Positions 34,784 through 47,430 of a stretch of 64,000 nt of DNA are shown here, in pieces. This stretch comes from Mobula hypostoma (lineage: Eukaryota), in the NCBI RefSeq assembly GCF_963921235.1, contig NC_086097.1:57848001-57912000 (forward strand). Reading direction: 5' to 3'. Made by a program: the position numbers and the translations under genes. Position 1 is the first letter of the stretch, and each line of letters opens with the position of its first letter. Under the pieces are notes generated by a model that was not told the DNA's origin, did no database searches, and saw only the letters and a program-made list of their open reading frames with translations.

Positions 34784-35268
34784 CAAGGGGTGATTGATAA
34801 GCTCGTGGCCGAAGGTAGAAGGAGTCAATTTTAGAAAACCTTGCACATTATTTTTCCTACATGTACACACTTAGTCCAGTGGTCGTGGAGCATATAGATC
34901 CCTTCTTTGTAGAAGTCAGTGTCTTGGACCTCCAGAAGTGGTCCACAGCAGGGGTGATTGATAAGTTCGTGACCTAAAGTAGAAGGAGATGAGAAGAAGC
35001 TTCAAACTTTCTGCATTTTCACTCAAAGAGTTGAACTGCATACGCATGTAACAAGAGCTGTATAACTCATCTCCTTCTACCTAAGGCCACAAACTTATCA
35101 ATCACCCCTGCTGTTGACCGCTTCTACAAAGAAGGGATCTGTATGCTCCACAACCGCTAGACTAAGTGTGTACATGTAGGAAGCGACTATGTTGAAAAAA
35201 TAAATGTGCTAGGTTTTCTAAAATTGACTCCTTCTACCTTAGGCCACAAACTTATCAATCACCCCTCT
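34784..35268. mobile_element. Mariner-derived palindromic MITE
   Basis: TA flanks; TIR caaggggtgattgataag..cttatcaatcacccctct; long inverted arms; encodes the mariner C-terminus FYKEGICMLHNR*TKCVHVGSDYVEK at ~35121-35200. Confidence 0.9.
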
Positions 35269-38200
35269 TATTTTGGAGTTAAAACTCCAAGGACTTAACT
35301 CTCTCAAATCTTGGTCCTGTAGATGTTTTCTGCCCCAGAAATCAGTTCTAGGTGGCTGCTGATTGATTTTCTTATGATAGACAGTACTATAATTGCTCAA
35401 TGGAATTAGCTCTGACTGACTTTATGTATGTCCTGGATTTGAATGGATCTGCTCTAGACCTGGAACATAATGATAGATCTTGTTGCATGTGCCATTCAGA
35501 GCTTCTGTTGAACTTGGAGCTGGTATAGGAATAGAAAACCTTCTTGATTTGTATGTGGGCTTGTTAGAGAATATTCTGGAGCAATGTGAACATAGCAGAT
35601 ATTAATTCATGCAATAGCCAGTCTTCAGTTTTCATTGTAAATTGGTAGCAGTAAATTGAAGTTAAAAACCCAGGCTGCCCCAGGGACTAGGAGATATGGC
35701 TTTCAAAATGCTGACATGAGATATTTGCATATGCATCAGCCAAACGATAAAACAATAGGGTTGGGTAAATTGGCCTATGTCAAACCAGGTAACATGTGCT
35801 AAGTTATTTGCACCATTGTGACTGAGTTCAAGCTGGCAGACCAGGCTAATGCTGTCAGTTAGTATATCAAACTTGGTCACAGGTATAGGTCCAATCAATA
35901 GCTTGTGTATGCAGAGCATCAGCTCACACAAACATGAATCTTGGGTGTTTGGCTTTCTGTCTTCAGAAGGGTGTAGAATGTTTGTGTCAATTGTTTTTGT
36001 CCCAGCCGGCTGTTTGACCATTCAGAGGTGTATCCCACAGATATGTCATTCAAAGGAAGCATTGTGAACCCAAAATATTGAAGTAAACGATGTCATTGTG
36101 ACTATTGAAATTGTATTGAATCACCTGCTGTTAGCATAACTCAAATTGACACCTTCCTGAATTCTTTAGAATTACCCACTTTAAGCAAAGAACAAAATAG
36201 AGTGATGACTGCTGACATAACTGAAGATGAACTAAAAAAACTGCAATTAGTAGGCTTAAATTAAGCAAGTCACTGGGATCAGATGGATATATGGCACAAT
36301 GGTATAAAGAGTTTAGAAGTGAGTTAATTCCTGTTTTACTCCCCACACTGAACTGGGCTCTAAGAAAGGCACAAATGCCACCCAACTGGAAGGAGGCGAT
36401 AATCTCAGCTATACCGAAAGAAGGCAAGGATAAAATGGAATGTGGGTCATTTAGACCAATATCTGTTCTTAATGTGGATTATAAAACATTTACCTCCAGG
36501 ACCAAATGATTAGAAGAGTGTCTACCCATACTGATACATAATGATCAGACAGGTTTTATACAACAACGCCAAACACAAGACAATATACGAAGGACATTTC
36601 ACATTATGGATCATATAAAAAAAATGATTGAAACAATAGTGATAAACATGGACGCTGAAAAGGCATTTGATTCAGTTAATTGGAATTTTCTATACAGAGT
36701 TTTACATAGATTTGGTCTACATCACACAATTATTAAAACTATACAGGCACTATATGACAATCCTACTGCCAGGATTAAAATCAACGGATAATCATCTGAT
36801 AGTTTTACCCTAGAAAGGGGCACGAGACAGGGTTGTGCATGGTCACCGCTACTCTTCGCATTATATCTGGAACCATTAGCTCAATTTATCAGACAAAATG
36901 AAGATATCAGGGGAATTACTACTAAAGGGACAGAGCATAAATTGGCCTGTTATGCGAATGACATTTTGATCTATCTAGGGCAACCAACATACTCTTTACC
37001 TAAACTGATGCAGTCCTTTGAACAATATGGCCAATTATCAGGATACAAGATCAACATAGATAAAACCCAACTACTTTCATATAACTATAGCCCACCAAGA
37101 GAAATTGAAAGTAGATATCCCTGGGCATGGCAAACAGAGCCTGTCAAATATTTGGGTATCATTATGCCAAAAGATTTGGCAAAATTATCAGAATACAATT
37201 ATCAGCCTATATATAAAAAAATTAAGGAAGATATAACAAGATGGAACCTAATTCCCTTTCTTGGTTTCAGTTCAAGGATTGAAACTATTAAAATGAATAT
37301 ACTGCCCAGACTACTATATCTCTTTCAGACTCTACCAATAGAGATTAACCAAAATCAATTCAATGAATTGAACAAGATGCCATCAAGATATATATGGCAA
37401 GGTAAAAGGCCTAGGGTTCGTCTTAAAACTTTGCAATTAGCCAAGGAAAAGGGGGGATGGGGCCTACCTTTTCTTAGAGATTATTATTTTTCAGCACAGT
37501 TGAGAGCCGTGATATGCTGGTGCAACTCATCATACGGCGCTCAATGGAAAAACATTGAGGAGAGGATACTTTCCATCCCCATACAGGCAATTTTGGCTGA
37601 TAACAACCTACAAGATTACATAAATACTATGGATAACCCATGGGTGAAATGGACTCTTAAAATATGGAAAACTATTATAAAAGAATATAAACTAGAGCGA
37701 GACATTGCAATTCTTAAATGGTCTGCATATGACTCGGATTTTACACCAAATAAAGTTGATGCTAGATTTAAGGACTGAACAGCTAAAGGAATAACAACTA
37801 TTTGCAATATAATGAAAGAAAGAATACTGTTCTGTTTTGAAATGCCCAAGGAGAAACACTTATTAGAAAAACAAGACTTTTACCAGTATTTACAGATGCG
37901 ACAGTAGGTTAATAGGACGGTTAAAAATGTAACCAAGGCAAGTACATGTCTGATAGACCTATTTAGAAAAGCATATAATTCAGACAATGGTAGTAGAATA
38001 ATTTCAATCGTGTATAAGGGTTTGTCAAATCTTAAAACACATTCGACTTCATATATTAAAACAAAATGGGAGAAGGAAGGAGGGATAATAATATCTGAGG
38101 AAGACTGGACAATAATATGGAGGTATCAATGGAAGTGTATCAGTTCACAGAAATGGAGGGAGTTCGGGTGGAAAAACTTGATAAGATATTTTATTACACC

Positions 38201-39125
38201 CTCTCAGAAATCCCGTTATGTTAATAACCTCCCTGTTTGCTGGAGAAATTGTGGAAATCAAAATGAAAACCATTATCATATTTTCTGGGAATGCCCCGTT
38301 ATCAAAGTCTATTGGAGTGGGATACAAGACATCTTTAAATGTGAAATACCCTTAGTGAGTAAGATCATATATTTTGGGTATATACCTCAAGAATGGTTGA
38401 AAAGAGATAAATATTTAATGAATGTAATGCTGGTAAAAAGACCCTTAGCAGGAAATGGTTATCTCAGGAGAGCCCAACTTTAAATGTATGGATGGAAATT
38501 ACAATGGACACTTACAAAATGGGGAAGATAGCAGGATCTGTTAATCATAAGTTGGAATAATTTTATTCATACTTGAAAAAATGGTTTAACTTCATAACAG
38601 CTCATAGGCCTGATTTTATTCTCACAAGTCAATGAACATATTGTAAAAATAAAAGATCACTCTCTACTCTGTACATAGAACATAGAACATAGAACAGAGA
38701 ATAGTACAGCACAGTACAGGCCCTTCAGCCCACAATGTTGTGCCGACCCTCAAACCCTGCCTCCCATATAAGCCCCCACCTTAAATTCCTCCATATACCT
38801 GTCTAGTAGTCTCTTAAACTTCTCTAGTGTATCTGCCTCCACCACTGACTCAGGCAGTGCATTCCACGCACCAACCACTCTCTGAGTAAAAAACCTTCCT
38901 CTAATATCCCCCTTGAACTTCCCACCCCTTACCTTAAAGCCACGTCCTCTTGTATTGAGCAGTGGTACCCTGGGGAAGAGGTGCTGGCTATCCACTCTAT
39001 CTATTCCTCTTATTATCTTGTACACCTCTATCATGTCTCCTCTCATCCTCCTTCTCTCCAAAGAGTAAAGCCCTAGCTCCCTTAATCTCTGATCATAATG
39101 CATACTTTCTAAACCAGGCAGCATC

Positions 39126-41311
39126 CTAGTAAATCTCCTCTGTACCCTTGGAGTTTGTCCTTCCAAAGTGTACCACCTCACACTTCTCCGGGTTGAACTC
39201 CATCTGCCACTTCTCAGCCCACTTCTGCATCCTATCGATGTCTCTCTGCAATCTTTGACAATCCTCTACACTATCTACAACACCACCAACCTTTGTGTTG
39301 TCTGCAAACTTGCCAACCCACCCTTCTACCCCCACATCCAGGTCGTTAATACAAATCAGGAAAAGTAGAGGTCCCAGAACAGATCCTTGTGGGACACCAC
39401 TAGTCACAATTCTCCAATCTGAATGTACTCCCTCCATCACCACCCTCTGCCTTCTGCAGGCAAGCCAATTCTGAATCCACCTGGCCAAACTTCCCTGGAT
39501 CCCATGCCTTCTAACTTTCTGAATAAGCCTACCGTGTGGAACCTTGTCAAATGCCTTACTAAAATCCATATAGATCACATCCACTGCACTACCCTCATCT
39601 ATATGCCTGGTCACCTCCTCAAAGAACTCTATCAGGCTTGTTAGACACGATCTGCCCTTCACAAAGCCATGCTGACTGTCCCTGATCAGATCATGATTCT
39701 CTAAATGTCTATCGATCCTATCTCTAAGAATCTTTTCCAACAGCTTTCCCACCACAGACGTAAGGCTCACTGGTCTATAATTACCTGGACTATCCCTACT
39801 ACCTTTTTTGAACAAGGGGACAACATTTGCCTCCCTCCAATCCTCCGGTACCATTCCCGTGGACAACGAGGACATAAAGATCCTAGCCAGAGGCTCAGCA
39901 ATCTCTTCTCTCGCCTCGTGGAGCAGCCTGGGGAATATTCCGTCAGGCCCCAGGGACTTATCTGTCCTAATGTATTTTAACAACTCCAACACCTCCTCTC
40001 CCTTAATATCAACATGATCCAGAACATCAACCTCACTCATATTGTCCTCACCATCATCAAGTTCCCTCTCATTGGTGAATACCGAAGAGAAGTATTCTTT
40101 GAGGACCTCACTCACTTCCACAGCCTCCTGGCACATCTTCCCACCTTTATCTCGAATCGGTCCTACCTTCACTCCTGTTATCCTTTTTTTCTTCACATAA
40201 TTGAAGAATGCCTTGGGGTTTTCCTTTACCCTACTCGCCAAGGCCTTCTCATGCCCCCTTCTTGCTCTTCTCAGCCCCTTCTTAAGCTCCTTTCTTGCTT
40301 CCCTATATTCCTCAATAGACCCATGCTTCCTAAACCTCATGTATGCTGCCTTCTTCCACCTGACTAGATTCTCCACCTCACTTGTCCCCCATGGTTCCTT
40401 CACTTTCCCATTCTTTATCTTCCTCATCGGGACAAATTTATCCCTTACATCCCGCAAGAGATCTCTAAACATCAACCACATGTCCATAGTACATTTCCCT
40501 GCAAAAACATCATCCCAATTCACACCCGCAAGTTCTAGCCTTATAGCCTCATAATTTGCCTATCCTCAATTAAAAATTTTCCTGTCCTCTCTGATTCTAT
40601 CCTTTTCCATGATAATGCTAAAGGCCAGGGAGCGGTGGTCACTGTCCCCACATGCTCACCCACTGAGAGAGTTGTGACCTGACCCGGTTCATTACCTAGT
40701 ACTAGATCTAGTATGGCATTCCCCCTGGTCGGCCTGTCCACATACTGTGACAGGAATCCATCCTGGACACAGTTAACAAACTCTGCCCCATCTAAACCCT
40801 TGGAACTAATCAGGTGCCAATCAATATTAGGGAAATTAAAGTCACCCATAATAACAACCCTGTTATTTTTGCACCTTTCCAAAATCTGCTTCCTAATCTG
40901 CTCCTCTGCATCTCTGCTGCTACCAGGGGACCTATAGAATACCCCCAATAGAGTAATTGCTCCCTTCCTGTTCCTGACTTCCACCCATATTGACTCAAAA
41001 GAGGATCCTGCTACATTACCCACCCTTTCTGTAGCTGTAATAGTATCCCTGACCAGGAATACCACCCCTCCTCCCCTTTTTCCGCCCTCTCTATCTCTTT
41101 TAAAGCACTGAAATCCAGGAATATTGAGAATCCATTCCTGCCCTGGTGCCAGCCAAGTCTCTGTAATGGCCACTACATCATAATTCCATGTATGTATCCA
41201 AGCTCTCCGTTCATCACCTTTGTTAATGATGCTTCTTGCATTGAGGTACACACATTTCAGCTCTTCTACCTTACTGTCTTTACACCATTTATTCTGCTTC
41301 TCTTTCCTCAA
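39126..41311 (-). pseudogene. CR1 ORF2 (APE-RT) broken by a frameshift and an internal deletion
   Basis: YLNARS, ITETW, GDFNFP; NYRPVSLTS, MDFSKAFDKV, GVPQGSVLGP, FADNTK. Frameshift near 40640 and deletion near 39148. Confidence 0.9.
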
Positions 41312-41394
41312 AGACTATCTGTATGTTAGATCTGGCTTTACTCCATGCATTCCTTTCACTGCTCTATCGCTCTGGGTCCCATTCCCCTCGCAAA

Positions 41395-42384
41395 TTAGTT
41401 TAAACCCTCCCGAACCATGCTAGCAAACCTACCTGCAAGGATATTGCTCCCCCTTGAGTTCAGGTGCAACCCATCCAATCTGTACAGGTTCCACCTTCCC
41501 CAGAAGAGATCCCAATGATCTAAAAATCTCAAACCCTGCTCCCTGCACCAACTCCTCAGCCACGCATTCAACTGCCATCTCCTCCAATTCTTACCATCAC
41601 TGTCACGTAGCACTGGCAGCAATCCTGAGAACGCCACCCTTGAGGTCCTGTTCTTCAGCCTTCTGCCTAGTTCCCGAAACTCACACTTCAGGACCTCATC
41701 CCTCTTCCTGCCTATGTCGTCGGTCCCAACATGTATCACGACTTCTGGTTGCTTTCCCTCTCGTACCAGGATGTCGTGCATCGGGTCAGAGACATCCCGG
41801 ACCCTGGCACCCGGGAGGCAACAAACCATGCAGGTGTCCTTCTCACGTCCACAAAATCTCCTGTCTGCTCCCCTGACTATAGAGTCTCCAATGACGACAG
41901 ATCTCCTCTTCTCTGTCCCACCCTTCTGCACCACAGGGTCGGACTCAGTGCTGGAGGCCCTGCCACCGTGGCTCACACCTGGTCGGTCGTCCCCGTCAAC
42001 AGTATCCAGGACGTTAAACTCATTATTCAGGGGAATGGCTACAGGGGTGCTCTGCACTACCTGTCTGCTCACCTTTGCTTTCCCTCCTCTGACTGTCACC
42101 CAACGACCTGCTTCCGACAGCCTAGGTGTGACTACCTCCCTGTAGCTCTCATCTATGACTGCCTCATTCTCCCTTATGAGTCGAAGGTCATCCAGCTGCT
42201 GCTCCAGATTCCTTACACGGTCTTCCAGATCGCCCTGCTGTATGCACTTCTGACAGATGTGACTCTGCAGGAGAGGGGCGTTCCCCCAAGACTGCCACAT
42301 CTCACATGAGAGACACATCACCATCTCAGGAGACATTGTACAAACTAACTGCGAGCTAGCTTGTCCTCCGCCTCTTCTCGTCAA
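41395..42384 (-). CDS. CR1 ORF1p: zinc finger/leucine zipper plus SGNH esterase domain (open frame)
   Basis: CLSC..CQKC, coiled coil, VIGDSIVR, HVGTDD, DGLHLN. Confidence 0.9.
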   Translation of the reverse strand: MTRRGGGQASSQLVCTMSPEMVMCLSCEMWQSWGNAPLLQSHICQKCIQQGDLEDRVRNLEQQLDDLRLIRENEAVIDESYREVVTPRLSEAGRWVTVRGGKAKVSRQVVQSTPVAIPLNNEFNVLDTVDGDDRPGVSHGGRASSTESDPVVQKGGTEKRRSVVIGDSIVRGADRRFCGREKDTCMVCCLPGARVRDVSDPMHDILVREGKQPEVVIHVGTDDIGRKRDEVLKCEFRELGRRLKNRTSRVAFSGLLPVLRDSDGKNWRRWQLNAWLRSWCREQGLRFLDHWDLFWGRWNLYRLDGLHLNSRGSNILAGRFASMVREGLN

Positions 42385-42797
42385 AGCCTCTCAAGTCAAA
42401 GCCTCAAAGCTCCACTCCTTCACTGGCCCACTCACGCTCATAGATTTCTTCTTCTGATTGTTCTTTCTTTCCTCTCCTTTCTATAAATGTATACCTCAGA
42501 TAAACATTATGTGGAGACTTGTGACAAATATGATTATATGATATATATGTTCAGTATCTGAAATGCATCTTATGGAAATATTTGTTTGATGATGAAATGC
42601 AATAAAAAATAAATTACAAAAAAAAGAATCACCTGCTGTTACCTTTGGATCTTAAGAGATAAAAATGTGATGTACTTTTGGGTTTGTGAGATTGTGAGTT
42701 GAGTGTTTCCATAAGTGCCTGCTTGTTCTGCAGAATAAAGACTCTCTATCACCAGCTTGACAGTGTCTCCGGTGACTTTGGTCACGGTCACAACATA

Positions 42798-42815
42798 TGG
42801 AGGCTCGTTCAGGAT
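42798..42815 (+). promoter_or_regulatory. Primer-binding site complementary to tRNA-Pro
   Basis: TGGAGGCTCGTTCAGGAT matches the canonical tRNA-Pro PBS TGGGGGCTCGTCCGGGAT at 15/18 and lies 2 nt after the LTR CA. Confidence 0.85.
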
Positions 42816-42959
42816 ACGTTCGTGAGCCTCTGTGTGGCCAGTCTAAGGCAGTGAGTATTTTTAAGAGTAGCGCCCCATGCTTTCATCTGTTCAGGTCAAT
42901 GACTATGAGATCAAGAAGTATCAAAGAACACCACAAGAGCTGAACTGGTAGATATAGAA

Positions 42960-42960
<1 letters not shown>

Positions 42961-42996
<36 letters not shown>
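42961..42996. repeat. (TG)n microsatellite in the ERV leader
   Basis: Perfect dinucleotide run. Confidence 0.95.
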
Positions 42997-42997
<1 letters not shown>

Positions 42998-43339
42998 TTG
43001 TGTAAGGGAACAGCTATCAGAAAGTTTTGGGTAGGTTGATGAGACAGGGCCACCAGATGCAAAAGCTGGTTATTGACCATCCCGGATGGCAGATTGTTCG
43101 TGTATACTCATTTGGGATACTGCATAGTAGTATACAGTACTTGTTTGTGAGTACAGAGTTTTATATGGAAAGGAATACAACAGGCATCATGAGCCCAGCA
43201 GCACGTATGTGGATGATTGCAGAGTACATATTCTGTGGTTTTAAGTGTGCACTGATCGCGTTTATCCATCCCTTCCACTTTCCTTAGTATGGGAATTAGT
43301 GTAGGGGGATATAAGGAACAGTTTATACCCAGGTGTATC

Positions 43340-44527
43340 TATTGGGATGGCGCCTATTGAGGTGAGACAATGGCAGGTTGAGAATACTGATAACCCAAAC
43401 CAGCCATTGACCCTGATTACCACCATTCATAAGCCCCTCACCCCTGTGGGGAGAAGCAGAACCTTTTGTTAGAGCTGCTCTCACTTAAGGTTGCTTGTAG
43501 GAATTCAGAGTTCTGGTGTAAGATCTGTGAAGAAATGATTGAAATGCACCAGACGCACCCAAAAGATATAGATGTGTCAGTGAAGGTGAAATGCCCGAGA
43601 AATATGTGGGACAGTATGGCCCAGGGAGTGTGGGATGGTGCATGGATGCTAGTAATGAGGAGAGATATCAATGCTTTAAGGGAGAAGTAAGGTAGCGACT
43701 AGAGGGAGGTGAGAGTAACTGGGGAATCATAATATCAGTGGTTCAGAGAGCTGATGAGCATGCCATGGATTATGCACAGCATAAATGTCGAGCATATGAG
43801 GAGCATTCAGAGCTGAACAATCCGGGGAGGAATAATCCTATCTTCCTGAAAATTCTGAAGGAAGGCCTGAGCTCAGACCACCAGGAAGTTTGAGATTTGG
43901 GGATAACAGTGGGATCAACCTACCCAGCGTTCTTATCATGGGCTGGTGAGATGGATCAGAGGAGGGGGAAGAGAAGAGGCTGAAGCTGCTGTGAAGACAC
44001 AGAGAACTTGCTTTGCGCGCTAGCAACCAGGACACCTAGCAAGGAACTGCTGGAATGGACGTAGAAAGGAGGTGATATGTTACAGCTGTGACCTATCGGG
44101 ACATAGTTGGAGACAGTGTCCTAAAAAGGAAGGAAGGTGTGAGAATCACTCAACAAAACAGGCAGAAATGACAGTAGTGCCCTCCCTGTTGGACTAGACT
44201 GCTGACCAGATCATAGAGCTCGTGAGGCCAGCATCCACGTCAGACAAATGGCTGGCGGCTGCCTCCATTGCCAGTACTAGTCACCCTCAGATGTACATAA
44301 AAGGTTAATTAGCAGGCCATGTAAGTGACACAGTGTCAATAACTGATCTACCCTTGCCCGTGACTGGAGAGATAATTAACATTACGGTGCAGGGGGTGAA
44401 CCAATGAGGACAGAGACAAGTGAGCCACAGATACCTGAGATTGAGGGACTGCAGCTTCCTGTAGATTTCTGGGTGTGGCCAAACAATGATAGTACTTCCT
44501 GGGGCTGGACACACTCAGTAAAACAGG
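43340..44527 (+). pseudogene. gag: ERV-like gag and protease remnants
   Basis: MAPIEVRQW..TIHKPLTP (capsid-start-like), CCHC knuckle CYSCDLSGHSWRQC at 44078-44119, protease-like PQMYIKG..SITDLPLPVTGE..FWVWPNN..GLDTL; stops and frameshifts throughout. Confidence 0.7.
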
Positions 44528-45157
44528 TTAGATTAGATTCTGAGGACACGCAGTCCTCTTTTATTGTCATTTAGTAATGCATGCATTAAGAAATGATACA
44601 ATATTCCTCCGGTGTGATATCACAGAAACACAGGACAGACCAAGACTGAAAAACTAACGAAGACCACATAGTTATAACATATAGTTACAACAGTGCAACA
44701 ATACCATAACTTGATGAAGAACAGGCCATGGGCACAGCAAAAAAGTTCAAAGTCTCTCGAAAGTCCCACATTTCATGCAGATGGGAGAAGGAAGAAAAAC
44801 TCTCCCTGCCATGCCCGACCACAGTCCAACTCTGAGTTGTCCGAAAACTTCGAGCCTCCGACCAGCCCTCCGACACCGAGTACCGAGCACCATCTCTGCC
44901 AAACGCTTCGACCCCAGCCTTGGTCGCCAGCAGTAGGCAAAGCTGGGGATTTTGGGGCCTTCCCTCTGGAGATTCTCGATTGCACAGTAACAGCGGCAGC
45001 GAACCGAGCATTTCAGCAGTTTCTCCAGATGTTCCTCTGTGCTTCTCACATCTGTCTCCATCAAATCAGAATTGTGCATGGCATCCTACTTACAAACACG
45101 ATATCATTTCACCGGAGAGCTGCGTGCGCTGCGTTGCGCCGCCATCTTCTCCTCCCG
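44528..45157 (-). mobile_element. Non-coding retroposon (copy 2), inserted in the ERV protease
   Basis: Same 5' GGGAGGAGAAGATGGCG and the same 3' hairpin GAGGACtgcgtGTCCTC-(aatct)n as 4612-5292. Confidence 0.88.
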
Positions 45158-45901
45158 CTCATAGACTCATGAAAGGGAGAAATAACATGGCTAAATTAGG
45201 GATAGTGAACGTGTGTGACCCACAGATCAGACAACGTGGCCCACAGAAAGACAGAAACCACAAGCAGGGACAGGACATGGGACATGTGTGTGAGTTGTGT
45301 CAGGACGTCCCGAGGGCGGAGGCCACAGAGAAGAACTGTCAGAAGTAGTGCAGTTGCCTGCAGATGAGGCAGCAATTAAATTAAAGGGACACCTGAAAGG
45401 GGAGAGTAAGGGCAGAAAGGGAATGTGTGTGAAAATCACAGGGCAAAGAGAGCAAAGGAAAACCATATGACAACAGAAATTGCAAGTATGGAGGGAGAAA
45501 GCTACTAGAAGCAACTTAGTAAGATCAAAGGAGATGTGAAGTGCCATTGTAACCAGGTTATCACAGCAGAACTGCAGTAACATTTGCTGATCAGAAAGAG
45601 CCAGAGGGAGAAAAAAATCCTCTCATAGCTGGGTGACCAAGTCGTGGTAAGGCAGCTGCCTGAAAAGGCAGGGTTGGCTCCCAGGTGGATAGGACCACAG
45701 ATGGTGCTTTTGATAAACGTTGTGCTGTACAAGGACATATCAATTAAATAAAAGCACACATGCAGGGGTGAAGTTAACTGCTATATTCACTTTGCAGAGA
45801 GAGAAAGAGAACAACAGATCAATGTACATGGCTAAGTTATCAGTCAATAATTAGTGGTAAGGTGAGTCATTGCACCAAAAGAAAAAGATCTGTACATTAC
45901 A

Positions 45902-47430
45902 CTTGCGCCTCACTCCTGGATGAGCTAAAGGTTTTTTATGCTTGATTTCAGGTTGATAGGACTGAACTCCCGAGGAGAGCCGCCAACAAGATCTGCACCA
46001 CGGTCATCTCCGAGGCTGAGCTATATAGCACATTCCAACTTGTCAACAGACACAAAGCAGCGGGGTCGGACGGCATTCCAGGGCGCGTTCCTAAAGTGTA
46101 TGCAGAACAGCTGACCAGTGTGTTTACGGACATTTTTAATCTCTCCCTCTCCTAGTGCGTAGTTCCCTCCTGTTTCAAATCATCCATCATTGTCCCTGTA
46201 CCTAAGAAAACCAAGGTAGCATGCCTGGATAATTGACGGTCTGTCGCACTCGGCTCAATTATAAGCAAATGCTTTGAGGGGCTGGTGAAAGACTACATCT
46301 GAAGCATGCTACCACGCACATTGGACCCCCTACAATTCGCCAACTGACAGAACCAGTCTACTGATGACACCATAGCCACAGCACTACACACTGTCCTCAC
46401 TCACCTGGAGAAGAGGGTTGCATATGTTAGATTGCTGTTCCTGGACAACAGTTTAGCATTCAAAACCATAATTCCCTCCAGACTTGACAGGAAGCTCAGA
46501 GATCTCAGCCTGCATCCTAGACTTCCTATCGGATCGCCGACAGGTGGTAAGGATGGGCTCCCTCATCTCTGCCCCTCTGACCCTCAACACAGGTGCCCCC
46601 CAGTGTTGTGTTCTGAGTCCCTTTCTCTACTCCCTTTACACCCACGACTGCTGCCACACACAGCTCCAATCTGCTGATCAAATTTGCAGATGACACGACT
46701 TTGATTGGCTTTATTTCTAGTGGTGATGAGACAGCCTACAGAGGAGAGGTTGACACTCTGACACAGTGGTGCCAGAATAACAACCTTTCCCTCAATGTCC
46801 AAAAAACAAACGAGCTGATTGTGGATTACAGAGGAACGGAGACAGACTCGCCCCGATCAACATCAATGGGTCTGCAGTTGAGAGGGTGAGTAGTTTCATG
46901 TTCCTCGGTATATACATCACCAAAGATCTCACCTGGGCTGTACAGACTGGCTTTGAGGCAAAAAAAGCACGATAGTATCTCTTCCACTTCAAGCGACTGA
47001 AGAAGTTTGGAATGGCCCCCCAAATCATCAAGACCTTCTATAAGGGCACCATTGAGAGCATCTTGACTCTCTGTATCACTGCCTGATTTAGGAAGTGCAT
47101 CAATCTTGATCACTGGGCACTGCAGAGAGTGATACGGACAGCCCAGAGCATCTCTGGATGTGAACTTACATCCACTGATGACATTTATAGCAGCAGGTGC
47201 AGAAAGAAGGCCAGTCACCCCAACCATAAACTGTTTCAGCTGCTCCCGTCTAGCAAATGCTACTGCAGCATTGAAGCCAGGACCAACAGGCTATGGGGCA
47301 GCTTCTTTCTACAAGCCATTAGACACTAAATTGACATGTCTGTGCATTGCAATGGAGTCATAACGCAAAGATTTTTACTCCCTCGTTGTGGAATGTGTAT
47401 AAGATTTAAATAAATTCTAAATTCTAAATT
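45902..47430 (+). mobile_element. Rex1/Babar LINE inserted at the Gypsy PPT/LTR junction
   Basis: KAAGSDGIPG, TGAPQCCVLSPFLYSLYTHDC, KFADDTT; (attctaa)n tail. Confidence 0.9.

Larger units (their letters stand above)
38680..42438 (-). mobile_element. Young near full-length CR1 LINE
   Basis: ORF1 41395-42384, APE 40541-41311, RT 39126-40523, C-terminus 38750-39181; (ttctatg)n tail; flanking repeat cataga at 38674-38679 and 42439-42444. Confidence 0.96.
36134..42625 (+). mobile_element. L1 LINE, 5'-truncated ORF2 plus 3' UTR and polyA, 16-bp TSD, CR1 nested in the 3' UTR
   Basis: FRPISVLNVDYK, DAEKAFDSVNW, GTRQGC.SPLLF, YANDIL, CWRNCG..HIFWECP; polyA near 42618-42625; TSD gaatcacctgctgtta at 36118-36133 and 42626-42641. 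Confidence 0.93.
36060..42795 (+). mobile_element. 5' LTR of the ERV-like element (36060-36133 plus 42642-42795), split by an L1 insertion
   Basis: Inverted termini (ca)ttgtgaacc..ggtcacaaCA, AATAAA near 42734, and a PBS directly downstream. Confidence 0.75.

Noticed and set aside
35662..36021. 119-aa ORF in unique DNA
   Set aside because: No motifs or good splice sites; compatible with chance.
41454..42309. Several 140-190 aa plus-strand ORFs
   Set aside because: Antisense shadows of CR1 ORF1.
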